From Oceanispirochaeta sp. (lineage in GTDB: Bacteria; Spirochaetota; Spirochaetia; DSM-2461): a DNA stretch of 64,000 bases. A program made the position numbers and the translations under genes. Where the stretch lies: contig CAXXXD010000003.1 of assembly GCA_963663385.2 (NCBI GenBank), forward strand, positions 768,001 through 832,000. The letters are read 5' to 3'. This document shows positions 50,364-60,291 of the stretch, piece after piece; the first letter of the stretch is position 1, and each line of letters starts with the position of its first letter. The notes beneath the pieces are model-generated. The model ran no database searches and was not told the origin of the DNA. It saw nothing but the letters and a program-made list of their open reading frames with translations.

Positions 50364-51851
50364 CTACGACAGGTAATCATCTATCCCTTTAGCAGCGATT
50401 CTTCCATCGCCCATAGCCAGGATGACCGTGGCAGCGCCCTGCACGATATCTCCTCCGGCAAATACACCGTCCATTGAGGTCATTCCCTCCTCATTAACGG
50501 TAATATTCCCCCATTTATTGGTCTTAAGTTCCGGGGTGGTACCCGTTACCAGGGGATTGGAACTGTTGCCCAGTGCAGGTATACAGGTATCAATCTCCAT
50601 CAGGAACTCACTGCCTTCAATGGGTTCCGGACGGGCCCTGCCCGAAGCATCGGGTTCTCCCAGTCTGTATTTCAGACATTCAATAGCCTTAACCCGTCCG
50701 GTTTCATCTCCGATGATACGGGTAGGGTTGGTCAGAAGGTCAAAAATAATCCCCTCTTCCTGTGCATGGTGTACCTCCTCCACACGGGCGGGCATTTCGC
50801 TCAGGGTCCGGCGGTAGATAATATGCACCTCTTCCGCTCCCAGTCTGAGAGCTGTCCGAGCGGCATCCATAGCCACATTTCCACCGCCGAAAACAGCAAC
50901 CTTCTTCGATTTATAGATAGGGGTCATTGCCTTCCTGTCATAGGCTTTCATCAGATTGGCTCTGGTCAGATACTCATTGGCCGAAAACACACCGACAAGG
51001 TTTTCGCCTTTGATATTCATGAATTTGGGGAGCCCTGCGCCGTTAGCTACATAAACCGCATCAAACCCGTCCTTTTCCATCAGTTCCCTGATGGTTCGGG
51101 TTCTTCCGATCAGGTAGTCATACACAAACTTCACACCCATCTCTTCCAGTTTTTCCACTTCTTTCTGAACAATGGATTTGGGCAGCCGGAATTCGGGGAT
51201 CCCGTAAACTGTGACGCCGCCGGCTTTGTGAAAAGCCTCGAAGATGGTTACATCATGCCCGAAACGGGCAAGGTCCGCCGCCGTGGTCAGCCCGGAGGGG
51301 CCGCTTCCCACGATGGCAACCCTTTTCCCGGTAGGAGGAAGTTTGTCCACCTTCATTTCGGAAGCGCCTTCCCGGTCGGCCAGAAAACGCTCAACCCTGC
51401 CTATGGCAACAGACTGCATGGGATCTTTTTTCATCTTTCCAACTGTACACAGTTCCATGCACTGTTTTTCCTGGGGGCATACACGGCCGCAGATGGCCGG
51501 GAGCATGCTGCTGTCCCGGATAATTCCCAGAGCGTCATCAAACTCGCCCTTTGCCGTAGCAGCCAGAAATCCCGGGATGTCAATACTAACAGGACAGCCT
51601 TTGATACAGGGAGCATTTTTACACTGCAGGCAGCGGCTGGCTTCAAGAATGGCCTGGTTTTCCGTATATCCCAGAGCTACTTCGTTCATATTGCAGGCCC
51701 GTATGGAAGGAATCTGAGAGGGCATATCCTGCTGGGGAATCCCCGCCCTGTCCCTGGCTTTTAAATCCATCAGTCCTGCTGGCAGATTCAGGGCGGTAAT
51801 AAGTTCATCCGCCTCCTTTTCAAGAACTTCCGCTTCTTTGAACTCAGCCAT
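50364..51851 (-). CDS. nfnB: NfnB / SudA (GltD-like) large subunit of NADH-dependent ferredoxin:NADP+ oxidoreductase
   Basis: RCLQC..PCIKGCPV, CGRVCPQEKQC, GSGPSG, YGIPEFRLP, GGGNVAMD, GGDIVQGAATVILAM; directly follows nfnA. Confidence 0.88.
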   Translation of the reverse strand: MAEFKEAEVLEKEADELITALNLPAGLMDLKARDRAGIPQQDMPSQIPSIRACNMNEVALGYTENQAILEASRCLQCKNAPCIKGCPVSIDIPGFLAATAKGEFDDALGIIRDSSMLPAICGRVCPQEKQCMELCTVGKMKKDPMQSVAIGRVERFLADREGASEMKVDKLPPTGKRVAIVGSGPSGLTTAADLARFGHDVTIFEAFHKAGGVTVYGIPEFRLPKSIVQKEVEKLEEMGVKFVYDYLIGRTRTIRELMEKDGFDAVYVANGAGLPKFMNIKGENLVGVFSANEYLTRANLMKAYDRKAMTPIYKSKKVAVFGGGNVAMDAARTALRLGAEEVHIIYRRTLSEMPARVEEVHHAQEEGIIFDLLTNPTRIIGDETGRVKAIECLKYRLGEPDASGRARPEPIEGSEFLMEIDTCIPALGNSSNPLVTGTTPELKTNKWGNITVNEEGMTSMDGVFAGGDIVQGAATVILAMGDGRIAAKGIDDYLS

Positions 51852-51853
51852 GA

Positions 51854-52711
51854 TCAGGCCTCCTTTCTCAAAAGAACTTTGGCTACCTTTTCCATATGGC
51901 AGTTATGCTCTTCTTCCTGTTCTTTATAGGAGTTCATGCGGTTCAGCATGGAGTCGAAATCCACCAGGTGCCCGTCAAACTCGGGGCCGTCAACACAAAC
52001 GAATTTTGTTTCATTACCGACGGTCACACGGCAGCCGCCGCACATTCCGGTTCCGTCCACCATTATGGTGTTCAGGGAAACCACAGTAGGAACCTTAAAG
52101 GGACGGGTTGTCTCCGAGCAGAACTTCATCATAATAGGAGGACCAATGGCAACAACTTCCGCAGGAGGGGTATCTGATTCACAGAGCTCTTTCAGAGGTT
52201 CGGTAACAAGGGCTTTCCTCCCTTTGCTGCCGTTGTCGGTACAGATAATGAGTTCATCGGAAAGTGCCGTCATTCTGTCTTCCAGAATCAGCAGGTCTTC
52301 ATTTCGGGCTCCCATAATGGTAATAACCTTGTTGCCGGCCTTTTTAAAAGCTTCTACAACAGGGTGAAGGGGAGCCACCCCAATCCCGCCGCCCACGCAG
52401 ACAACGGGTCCGTCATGTTTCCGGATATGGGTTGGAGAACCTAGAGGGCCCAGAACATGGGCAATAGCCTCGCCCTCTTCCAGGTGACTTAAAAGTTGAG
52501 TCGTTCCTCCAACTGCCTGGAAGATTATTGTAATCGTACCCTTTGTTTCATCCGCATCGGCAATGGTCAGAGGGATTCTCTCCCCGTGTTCATCATCCAG
52601 CATAAGGATGATAAACTGACCAGCTTTTCGGGAGGAAGCTATAGGGGCTGCTTCTATCTCCATCAGAAAAACATCAGAAGAAAGCTGTTCTTTCTTTACT
52701 ATTTTGTTCAT
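51854..52711 (-). CDS. nfnA: NfnA / SudB small subunit
   Basis: GERIPLTIAD, GPLG, GGGIG, IGPPIMM, MVDGTGMCGGCRV...CVDGPEF. Confidence 0.92.
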   Translation of the reverse strand: MNKIVKKEQLSSDVFLMEIEAAPIASSRKAGQFIILMLDDEHGERIPLTIADADETKGTITIIFQAVGGTTQLLSHLEEGEAIAHVLGPLGSPTHIRKHDGPVVCVGGGIGVAPLHPVVEAFKKAGNKVITIMGARNEDLLILEDRMTALSDELIICTDNGSKGRKALVTEPLKELCESDTPPAEVVAIGPPIMMKFCSETTRPFKVPTVVSLNTIMVDGTGMCGGCRVTVGNETKFVCVDGPEFDGHLVDFDSMLNRMNSYKEQEEEHNCHMEKVAKVLLRKEA

Positions 52712-54738
52712 TTCACAGCTCCTGCGGGAACTTTTACACCCAGCTGTTTTTCCACTTCCTCCACTACCGATTCCAGGGTGGCGTGGTTCATCCTGTTTCC
52801 CCCTACCGTTACGGTGGGGCCATGGCTGCAGTTCTCGCTGCAGAAGGTGGCTTTAAGGGCAACCCGGTTTTTCCACTCTTCCTGCTCCACCTTGTCTCTC
52901 ATATTGGAAAGTATCTCCTGAGATCCTCTTAAGAAACAGCTGGTTCCCACACAGACATTCACCTCTACAGGTTTTTCGTCGGATGTTTCCGTCAAAGGCA
53001 TATTTTCGTGGTCAATCCTCTTCCGGTTCCGGTACTTTGTATGTACCAGTTCGTGGGCTTCATGGCTTCCCGCCCTGTTCCCCAGCATTTTTTCGTAAAT
53101 CCTCTGAATATAGGGATTCTCCTCCGGGGCATGGATCGGCGTAATCCTGCCGGCATTTTTCAGCGCTTTCTTCCGTTTGGCAATCACGTCTTTATCGTAG
53201 GATACGGGCTGGCCGCCTCCGGCTATACAACCGTCGGGACAGGCCATAATCTCTACAATATCGTATGTCACTTCGCCGGACTGTATTTTCCGAATCAGTT
53301 CTTCCGCATCTTTCATGCCGGCGGCAATGGCGATTTTCAGATCCAGGCTGCCCTCATTGATGGCAATTTCCTTCCAGCTGGGGTAGGTTTCATGGGCTTC
53401 GGGGATAAAGCTGTCCAGCTCTTTTCCATTGATGGTTCTGGAAGCATAACGGGCAACCGCTTCAGCCACTCCCATGGTGCTGCCGAATCCCAGACCGGCT
53501 TCAGAGTAGAGACCGAAGGGCAGGTCAGCAGCGGCAGGAGCGATCTCCTCGAACACAATACCTGCTTCCCTGATCATCTTACCCAGTTCCTGAGTGGTAA
53601 GAACGTAATCCACATTGGGAACGCCGTTCCGGCTCAGTTCGGGTCTTTCCTTTTCGAACTTCTTGGCTGTACAGGGCATGATGGATACCATGACAATGTC
53701 TTTTTCCTCAATCCCGTTTGTCTGGCTGATCAGCTTCTTGCCCAGGGAACCGACCATCCCCTGGGGAGACATACAGCTTGAGAGCTGAGGAAGAAGTTCG
53801 GGGTGGAACTGTTCGGCATATTTGACCCATCCCGGACAGCAGGAGGTAAACATGGTTCTGCTGTCACCTTTAGCCCGGCGTTCCAAAAACTCATTGGTCT
53901 CTTCCAGAACAGTCAGATCCGCACCGAATGAGGTATCGTATACTTCCTTGAACCCAATGTATTTCAGGGCATTCATTATCTTGCCTACAGTAACGGAGGA
54001 TTCGGGAATGCTGAACATCTCACCAATGGCCGAACGGACGGCAGGGGCGATCTGAGCCACAACCGTTTTGCTGTCGTCCGCCAGAGCATCCCACACTTCG
54101 CTTATTTCACTTTTGGGCATAATAGCGCCGGTGGGGCAGACTGCTGCACACTGACCGCAGTTGATACAGTCCACCTGACTCAGGCTTTTGTTAAAGGCCG
54201 GGGTAACGACAACATCTTCCCCTCTGTAGGCAAAATCAATGGCACCCACCCCCTGAATCTCATGGCAGTAGCGGACACAGTCACCGCAGAGAACACACTT
54301 GTTGGGATCCCGGATCAGGCTGGGAGACAGCATATCGGGAGCTTTGAACTCTTTTGTCCTTTTATAGGGTATTTCGGTCACGCCCAGAGCGCTTGCCAGA
54401 TCCTTCAGTTTGCAGGCTGAGGATTTTTCACAGGTGGTACAGCTGTTGTCATGGTTGGCCAGTAGCAGCTCGATAAGGGACTTCCGCATCTTCCGCAGTT
54501 TGGGGGTATGGGTCTTTACAACCATCCCGTCCCGGGGAGGGGTGGAACAGCTTGTATCAATGCCCTTACCCTCTATCTCCACAATACAGAGGCGGCAGGC
54601 GCCGTATACACTCAGTTCGGAGTGATAGCAGAAGGTGGGCATTTCCACACCAGCCTTCCTGATAACTTCCAGAAGGTTTTTCTCGCCTTCCAGGGGAACT
54701 TTTTTTCCGTTTATGCTTACGCTTCCGTTCTTGTTCAT
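52708..54738 (-). CDS. hydA: Group A [FeFe]-hydrogenase catalytic subunit with C-terminal thioredoxin-like [2Fe-2S] domain
   Basis: H-cluster motifs FTSCCPGW, MPCTAKKFE, EIMACPDGCIAGGGQP; N-terminal FeS motifs; ATGA overlap with the hydB stop. Confidence 0.93.
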   Translation of the reverse strand: MNKNGSVSINGKKVPLEGEKNLLEVIRKAGVEMPTFCYHSELSVYGACRLCIVEIEGKGIDTSCSTPPRDGMVVKTHTPKLRKMRKSLIELLLANHDNSCTTCEKSSACKLKDLASALGVTEIPYKRTKEFKAPDMLSPSLIRDPNKCVLCGDCVRYCHEIQGVGAIDFAYRGEDVVVTPAFNKSLSQVDCINCGQCAAVCPTGAIMPKSEISEVWDALADDSKTVVAQIAPAVRSAIGEMFSIPESSVTVGKIMNALKYIGFKEVYDTSFGADLTVLEETNEFLERRAKGDSRTMFTSCCPGWVKYAEQFHPELLPQLSSCMSPQGMVGSLGKKLISQTNGIEEKDIVMVSIMPCTAKKFEKERPELSRNGVPNVDYVLTTQELGKMIREAGIVFEEIAPAAADLPFGLYSEAGLGFGSTMGVAEAVARYASRTINGKELDSFIPEAHETYPSWKEIAINEGSLDLKIAIAAGMKDAEELIRKIQSGEVTYDIVEIMACPDGCIAGGGQPVSYDKDVIAKRKKALKNAGRITPIHAPEENPYIQRIYEKMLGNRAGSHEAHELVHTKYRNRKRIDHENMPLTETSDEKPVEVNVCVGTSCFLRGSQEILSNMRDKVEQEEWKNRVALKATFCSENCSHGPTVTVGGNRMNHATLESVVEEVEKQLGVKVPAGAVK

Positions 54739-56636
54739 GCATTTCCTCCAAAGCTGATGGCGTCGAAGCGGCAGGTTTCGACACAGGCACCGCATTTGAT
54801 ACATTTCTCCGCGTCAATGACGTGGGCTTCTTTTCTTTCGCCGGAGATGGCGTTTACAGGACAGACTCTGGCACAGGCTGTACACCCTTTACAGGCTTCG
54901 GCGATGATGCTGTACTCTACCAGTTCCTTACAGTTTCCGGTGGGACAGACTTTGTTATCGATATGGGCCAGCCACTCTTCTTCAAATTCCCTGATGGAAG
55001 ATAGAACAGGGGAGGGGGCGGATTTACCAAGACCGCACAGAGAGGCATCCTTTACAGTTTCACAAAGGGATTTCAGCAGTTCGAAACTCTTTCTCGTGCC
55101 CTTGCCCATGGTTATATCGTTAATCAGTTCGAGAATTTGTCTGGTTCCTTCCCGGCAGGGTACGCACTTACCGCAGCTTTCATGCTGGGTAAACTTCATA
55201 AAATAGCTGGCTATCTGTACCATACAGGTACTTTTGTTCATTACAACCAGACCCCCGGAGCCGATCATGGCACCCACTGATTTCAGGGAATCGAAATCAA
55301 GGGGTATATCCAGGTGCTCTTCAGTCAGACAGCCTCCGGAGGGGCCGCCGATCTGTACAGCTTTAAAATCGCTGTTGTCTATCTTGCCTTTGGAGTTGAG
55401 TACTCCGCCGCCAATATTGAAGATAATTTCCCGCAGGGTCGTTCCGAAGGGTACCTCTATCAGCCCCGTATTGGCCACATGACCGGTGAGTGCAAAGGTT
55501 TTGGTTCCGGGGGAACCATCGGTTCCGATCTTTTTATAGGAATCCGCACCCATACGGGCGATAAGGGGAACACAGGCCAGTGTTTCAACATTATTTACAA
55601 CCGTGGGTTTTCCCCACAGACCCTTTTCCGCTGTCCGGGGCGGTTTTACCCGGGGCATACCGCGACGGCCCATAATACTTTCGGTCATGGCACTGGCTTC
55701 ACCGCAGACAAAGGCTCCCGCGCCTTCCATTACAAAAATGTCAAAATCGAAGTCGGAGCCGAAAATCCCTTTGCCCAGAAAACCGTTTTCCCGGGCTTCT
55801 TCAATAGCTTTGTTTATTCTGGCTACAGCCAGAGGATATTCCATCCGGACATAGATCTGCCCTTCCGTTCCTCCACAGGCTTTTGCGGCGATAATCATAC
55901 CTTCCAGTACGCTGTGAGGGTTTCCCTCCATAACGGAACGGTCCATAAAGGCACCGGGATCTCCCTCATCACCGTTACAGATAATATATTTGGCATCGCT
56001 CTCCTGACGGAGGGCCAGTTCCCATTTTCTGCCAGTGGCAAATCCGCCGCCGCCGCGTCCCCGGAGCCCGGCTGTTTTCATCATTTCACAAACCTGCAGG
56101 GGAGTCCGGTTCAGCACAATCTCTCTGGCCGCGCTGTACCCGCCTCCATGGATATAGTCGGACACATCTTCCGGGTCCAGTGTTCCGCAGGCTTTCAGTA
56201 CGGTCCTTTCCTGACGGGTGTAAAAGGGAATCTCTTTCTGGCTGCGGCAGCTGTTGCCGCTTGCCGGATCCCTATACAGCAGCTCTTCTATCACTTCGCC
56301 CTGCAGGATGGTTTTTTCTATGATATCCCGTGCATGGACGGGTTTTACTTTGACATAAAGGATACCCGCAGGTTCGATGGTAACCAGGGGACCAACCTGG
56401 CAGAATCCCTGACAGCCGCTCCGGCTCAGCAGAACCGAATCATCTTCGGCTTCCTTTTTAAGAGAGAGGGTGAGGGGGAGATCCTTTTCTTTAATGATTT
56501 CCGCCAGAGCGTCATGAACTTCCATTGCTCCATTGGCGATACATCCCGTTCCGGCACAGATAACAATTCTGTGGGCCAGGCTGTTTTTCTTATTGGTATA
56601 GTCTTCTACAATTTTATCCAGTAATACAGTTTCCAC
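54735..56636 (-). CDS. hydB: Bifurcating hydrogenase NuoF-like FMN/NADH subunit
   Basis: GLRGRGGGGF, CNGDEGDPGAFMDR, GAFVCGEA, ESCGKCVPCREG, C-terminal 2x[4Fe-4S]. Confidence 0.93.
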   Translation of the reverse strand: METVLLDKIVEDYTNKKNSLAHRIVICAGTGCIANGAMEVHDALAEIIKEKDLPLTLSLKKEAEDDSVLLSRSGCQGFCQVGPLVTIEPAGILYVKVKPVHARDIIEKTILQGEVIEELLYRDPASGNSCRSQKEIPFYTRQERTVLKACGTLDPEDVSDYIHGGGYSAAREIVLNRTPLQVCEMMKTAGLRGRGGGGFATGRKWELALRQESDAKYIICNGDEGDPGAFMDRSVMEGNPHSVLEGMIIAAKACGGTEGQIYVRMEYPLAVARINKAIEEARENGFLGKGIFGSDFDFDIFVMEGAGAFVCGEASAMTESIMGRRGMPRVKPPRTAEKGLWGKPTVVNNVETLACVPLIARMGADSYKKIGTDGSPGTKTFALTGHVANTGLIEVPFGTTLREIIFNIGGGVLNSKGKIDNSDFKAVQIGGPSGGCLTEEHLDIPLDFDSLKSVGAMIGSGGLVVMNKSTCMVQIASYFMKFTQHESCGKCVPCREGTRQILELINDITMGKGTRKSFELLKSLCETVKDASLCGLGKSAPSPVLSSIREFEEEWLAHIDNKVCPTGNCKELVEYSIIAEACKGCTACARVCPVNAISGERKEAHVIDAEKCIKCGACVETCRFDAISFGGNA

Positions 56637-56638
56637 GA

Positions 56639-57139
56639 TCAGTCCTCCTTCGCCTTGTATTCGTCAATGAGTTCCTTCATCTGTGTTTTCGATACCTGAC
56701 CGTAAACTTTGTCGTTTATTACGACTGCAGGAGCCAGACCGCAGGCACCAAGGCAGGAAACGGTTTCCAGAGTGAAAAGCAGATCTTCTGTCGTATGAAC
56801 CTTGTCGGAGAGTCCCAGTTCTCTCTGGATGACATCTATCAGGCCGGAAGACCCTTTAACATGGCATGCTGTGCCATCGCATACTTTAATTACGTATTTT
56901 CCTTTGGGTTCCAGAGAAAAGTGACTGTAGAACGTCGCAATTCCGAAAACCCGTGCAGGAGATATCCCCAGACTTGTTGCCACAAAAGTCATGATTTCTT
57001 CGGGGAGGTACCGGTACTCTTCCTGTACTGCCTGAAGGATGGGGATAATTTTGGAGGGCTGTCTGTCGAACCTGTCCAGTATGTCGCAGACTTTGCTGAA
57101 GTTATCCAGTTTTTCAGCTGTCAAGCTTGGGGTAGCCAT
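56639..57139 (-). CDS. hydC: Bifurcating hydrogenase NuoE-like [2Fe-2S] subunit
   Basis: ATFYSHF, VCDGTACHVKG, CLGACGLAP. Confidence 0.93.
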   Translation of the reverse strand: MATPSLTAEKLDNFSKVCDILDRFDRQPSKIIPILQAVQEEYRYLPEEIMTFVATSLGISPARVFGIATFYSHFSLEPKGKYVIKVCDGTACHVKGSSGLIDVIQRELGLSDKVHTTEDLLFTLETVSCLGACGLAPAVVINDKVYGQVSKTQMKELIDEYKAKED

Positions 57140-57158
57140 TTTTTTATTCGCTCCTATA

Positions 57159-57180
57159 TATCGATATTGATTTATCGATA
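57159..57180. promoter_or_regulatory. Candidate operator upstream of hydC
   Basis: TATCGATA-N6-TATCGATA, two self-palindromic octamers next to the RBS. Confidence 0.5.
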
Positions 57181-57613
57181 GTAAAATATCTTAAAGTGCA
57201 GGTATTAGCAACCCTTATTTATTAAAAAAAGATAAAAAAATATCGAATTAATCAGAGGTAGGAACTGAAAACTCTGGGGGAGGGGTATTTAAGCGTTAAA
57301 ATACATTATCATTATTCCGGAAAGATCATAAAAACCTTTTCCATTTTCACTGATAGTCGAAAGGCCGGGTTTCTATTTATTCTGGATTTTACGGAGCAGA
57401 ATTCAGAAGCCGTCAGGCTGATAGGATACTATACTCACACTATCAGCTTCGACCAGTCCGGATTTTTATACCGGGGATTTTGAATCTTTACTGTGAAGAG
57501 GTAAAAGAAAGGTGAAAAAATCAGATGAAGAGCTTCATAGAGGTCCTGAAGCGTGTTTCCCGCAGTTTTTTGGACCTGCAGGAAATACAGTTTCCAGGTT
57601 AATCCGGATATTA

Positions 57614-57835
57614 CTATCCTACTCTTTGAAGTAATCTCTTCCGGGCCGTTCCTGTCATGACCGGTTCTCTCTTTTTTTTAAGTTTAATCCCGCAAAACCG
57701 GCATTTTGCCTGGGCATTGCTGCAGCCGGGGCAAACATGGAAATACCTGTTACAGTGACTGCAGTAGTAGCGTCTGGCAGCTGCTTTGAAAACTCTCCCG
57801 CAATTATCGCATGTTACTTCGTTTACATGTTCCAT
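57614..57835 (-). CDS. Small protein with four CxxC motifs (double zinc ribbon-like)
   Basis: CDNC, CSHC, CPGC, CRFC and a basic tail; GGGAG upstream of the ATG. Confidence 0.65.
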   Translation of the reverse strand: MEHVNEVTCDNCGRVFKAAARRYYCSHCNRYFHVCPGCSNAQAKCRFCGIKLKKKREPVMTGTARKRLLQRVG

Positions 57836-58014
57836 CCTGATCTCCCTGTTTACGAATACGCTGCTCAAATCCGAGCAGCCGTTGATTGTTGATGATTCAG
57901 TATCGATGGCAAAGTGAGCCTGTTAAATAGGCCATCTGGTATATTCCGTTCAATTTAAAGAGTTTTTATTCCACTTTTTGAGTTTAAACCATCCTCTGCC
58001 GATAGTAGTAGCAA

Positions 58015-58983
58015 ATGAACAGAATCATTCCCGTAGCAAGCGGTAAAGGTGGAGTCGGTAAATCTCTCCTTACAGTAAATCTCGGTGTTACCCTGGCTAA
58101 AATGGGTAAAACGGTTATCCTGATCGACCTGGATCTGGGCGGCTCCAATCTGCATACCTTTCTGGGTATCCGGAACAGTAAAGCGGGAATCGGGAATTAT
58201 CTGAATAAGCAGGCAGACTCACTGGAATCTCTGATAATACCTACCGATACGGATAAGCTCTATTTTATTCCCGGTGACGGTCTTTTTGCAGGCAGTGCAC
58301 ATATGCATTACTTCCAGAAAACGAAGATCCTGAAGGAAATACCCCATCTGGTGGCCGATTTTATTCTATTGGATCTGGGCGCGGGAACAAACAATAATAT
58401 AGTGGACTTCTTTATCCCCTTTCCTCAGGGAATTATTGTCACAGTTCCCGAAACAACAGCTATCCTGAATGCCTATTCCTTTCTGAAAACAGCTCTTTAC
58501 AGATCTTCATACCGGATGTTTCCTCCCAAAAGCGATGAGCGTCTTCTGGTTCAGAATTTTTTCAGGCAGAGACTGGAAGGATCGGGGAACAGTCTTTTTT
58601 CACTGGCAGACAAGCTTGGAGAACTCTCTGTGGAGAATGGAGAGAAGATAAGAAAAATGCTGGAGGTTTTCTATCCGGGGATTATTATAAATATGGGACG
58701 TAATCCTCAGGATAAGAATCTGGGTAAGAACCTGCGTCTCATCAGCAGAAAGAACCTTGGTATATCTCTGGAGTATCTGGGATACCTTCCCTACGAGCAG
58801 GAAGTATCCCGGTCTATAATCAATCGGAAACCCTATGCTTTGGATCATTCTACCGGATTTACCGAGAATCTGAAGTCGATTGCAGAGCGGTTGCAGAAAG
58901 TCATTCCCGAGAAAAGTATTCCTCTCTATGAAGCTGATGAGGATCTGGAGCAAATTGACTGGAGTCTTAAAGAACTGAGATGA
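58015..58983 (+). CDS. MinD/FlhG/ParA-family ATPase
   Basis: Deviant Walker A SGKGGVGKS, IDLDLGGSNLH, LDLGAG, PETTAILNAY. Confidence 0.88.
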   Translation: MNRIIPVASGKGGVGKSLLTVNLGVTLAKMGKTVILIDLDLGGSNLHTFLGIRNSKAGIGNYLNKQADSLESLIIPTDTDKLYFIPGDGLFAGSAHMHYFQKTKILKEIPHLVADFILLDLGAGTNNNIVDFFIPFPQGIIVTVPETTAILNAYSFLKTALYRSSYRMFPPKSDERLLVQNFFRQRLEGSGNSLFSLADKLGELSVENGEKIRKMLEVFYPGIIINMGRNPQDKNLGKNLRLISRKNLGISLEYLGYLPYEQEVSRSIINRKPYALDHSTGFTENLKSIAERLQKVIPEKSIPLYEADEDLEQIDWSLKELR

Positions 58984-59795
58984 GAAAAGCAGTTTTCATT
59001 CTTATATCAGTTATTTTCGGATTAAGCCTTTATTCTCAGGAATCTCCCGCCGGTGACGGGTTGGTCCTGGTAGAAGGCGGGGCTTTTTATATGGGTTCCG
59101 AATCCGGAGAAACGCATGAAGCTCCGGTACATAAAGTACAGCTGAGTCCTTTCTATATCAGTCCCTACGAGGTAACACAGGGGCTCTGGCAGACTGTGAT
59201 GAAAACCGGCATTGACGCACAGCGTGCCAAATTGAGACCTGCCGGCCGGCTGAAGGGCAAGGGCTGGGGATTCCCCATGTATTATGTCAGCTGGTATGAA
59301 GCCGTTGAGTTCTGTAATAAACTCTCTAAACTGAATGGCTATGATCCCTGCTACAGCGGAAGCAATGAGAATATTGTATGTAATTTTGCCGCCAACGGTT
59401 ACCGGCTTCCCACAGAGGCGGAGTGGGAGTATGCCGCCCGGGGCGGGAACAGGAGCCGGGATTATACCTATGCCGGATCAAATACCCTGGATTCTGTTGC
59501 CTGGTATAACGGGAATTCAACAATTAAAACACAGGAAGTCGGTCAGAAAGTTCCAAATGAACTGGGATTATACGATATGAGCGGTAATGTTAATGAATGG
59601 TGCTGGGATCAGTTTTCCCGCTATCCAGCGGAAAAGCAGGTGGATCCCCGGGGTGATGAAGGATTGACCTACAGGGTTTTCCGGGGGGGCAGCTGGAGTC
59701 ATCCGGCCGAGTACAGCCGCAGTACATTCCGTATTGCCTATGAACCGGACCGGCGGGGGAATAACCTGGGGTTCCGGATGGTGCGAAGGCCATAA
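58980..59795 (+). CDS. Secreted formylglycine-generating-enzyme (SUMF1) domain protein
   Basis: FYMGS, YEVTQ, GYRLPTEAEWEYAARGG, NELGLYDMSGNVNEW, RGGSW, LGFR. Confidence 0.9.
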   Translation: MRKAVFILISVIFGLSLYSQESPAGDGLVLVEGGAFYMGSESGETHEAPVHKVQLSPFYISPYEVTQGLWQTVMKTGIDAQRAKLRPAGRLKGKGWGFPMYYVSWYEAVEFCNKLSKLNGYDPCYSGSNENIVCNFAANGYRLPTEAEWEYAARGGNRSRDYTYAGSNTLDSVAWYNGNSTIKTQEVGQKVPNELGLYDMSGNVNEWCWDQFSRYPAEKQVDPRGDEGLTYRVFRGGSWSHPAEYSRSTFRIAYEPDRRGNNLGFRMVRRP

Positions 59796-59863
59796 CTGCT
59801 GTATGGCTGTCCGATTTTTTTGGCAGATTTGATAAAAGTAATACCCGGATTTGAAAGAGCCGC

Positions 59864-60046
59864 TTAACCCACCTTTAAAGCTTCGGCCGGTTCCTTTTCC
59901 GTACTGTCAGACTTCTCCGTATCGGGGATAAAACCGTTCTCCCACTTAAAAAAGAAATTAATCCTGTCTGCAAGGTCTTCAAGAGAAAAAGGATCCGCTT
60001 CATCAACCATATAAATAATTGCATCTGCGTTTTCTATTTGACTCAT
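59864..60046 (-). CDS. Possible small acidic hypothetical protein (60 aa)
   Basis: MSQIENADAIIYMVDEADPF... fills an otherwise empty gap; no recognisable family. Confidence 0.3.
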   Translation of the reverse strand: MSQIENADAIIYMVDEADPFSLEDLADRINFFFKWENGFIPDTEKSDSTEKEPAEALKVG

Positions 60047-60253
60047 AATTATATAATAATACAATTGCCGATTACTTTTCCAGAAAACATGTAATTTTTT
60101 ATATAAAAAATACGAAATCGAGATAAATCGGATAAATATACAATTCCGGAGTAATTTATCAGAAAAGAATACAGATGCTTTATCTGTTTCTTGTGAAAGA
60201 ATATAGCTTTGCATAAAAAACAATACATCCGATGCAGGATAATCTCTGTCTCA

Positions 60254-60282
60254 TTGACACTACATATTTATACGGGTATAAA
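60254..60282 (+). promoter_or_regulatory. Sigma70 promoter of gatCAB
   Basis: TTGACA-N17-TATAAA ending 9 nt before the gatC ATG. Confidence 0.7.
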
Positions 60283-60291
60283 AGTAGAATC

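Noticed and set aside
50364..51851. Annotation as glutamate synthase small subunit (gltD/gltA)
   Set aside because: No gltB nearby, and it directly follows an NfnA/SudB gene, so NfnB fits better.
55314..56624. 436-aa plus-strand ORF
   Set aside because: Antisense shadow of hydB with no recognisable motifs.
54735..57139. Annotation as respiratory complex I nuoEF
   Set aside because: Followed by an H-cluster protein, and no other nuo genes are present.
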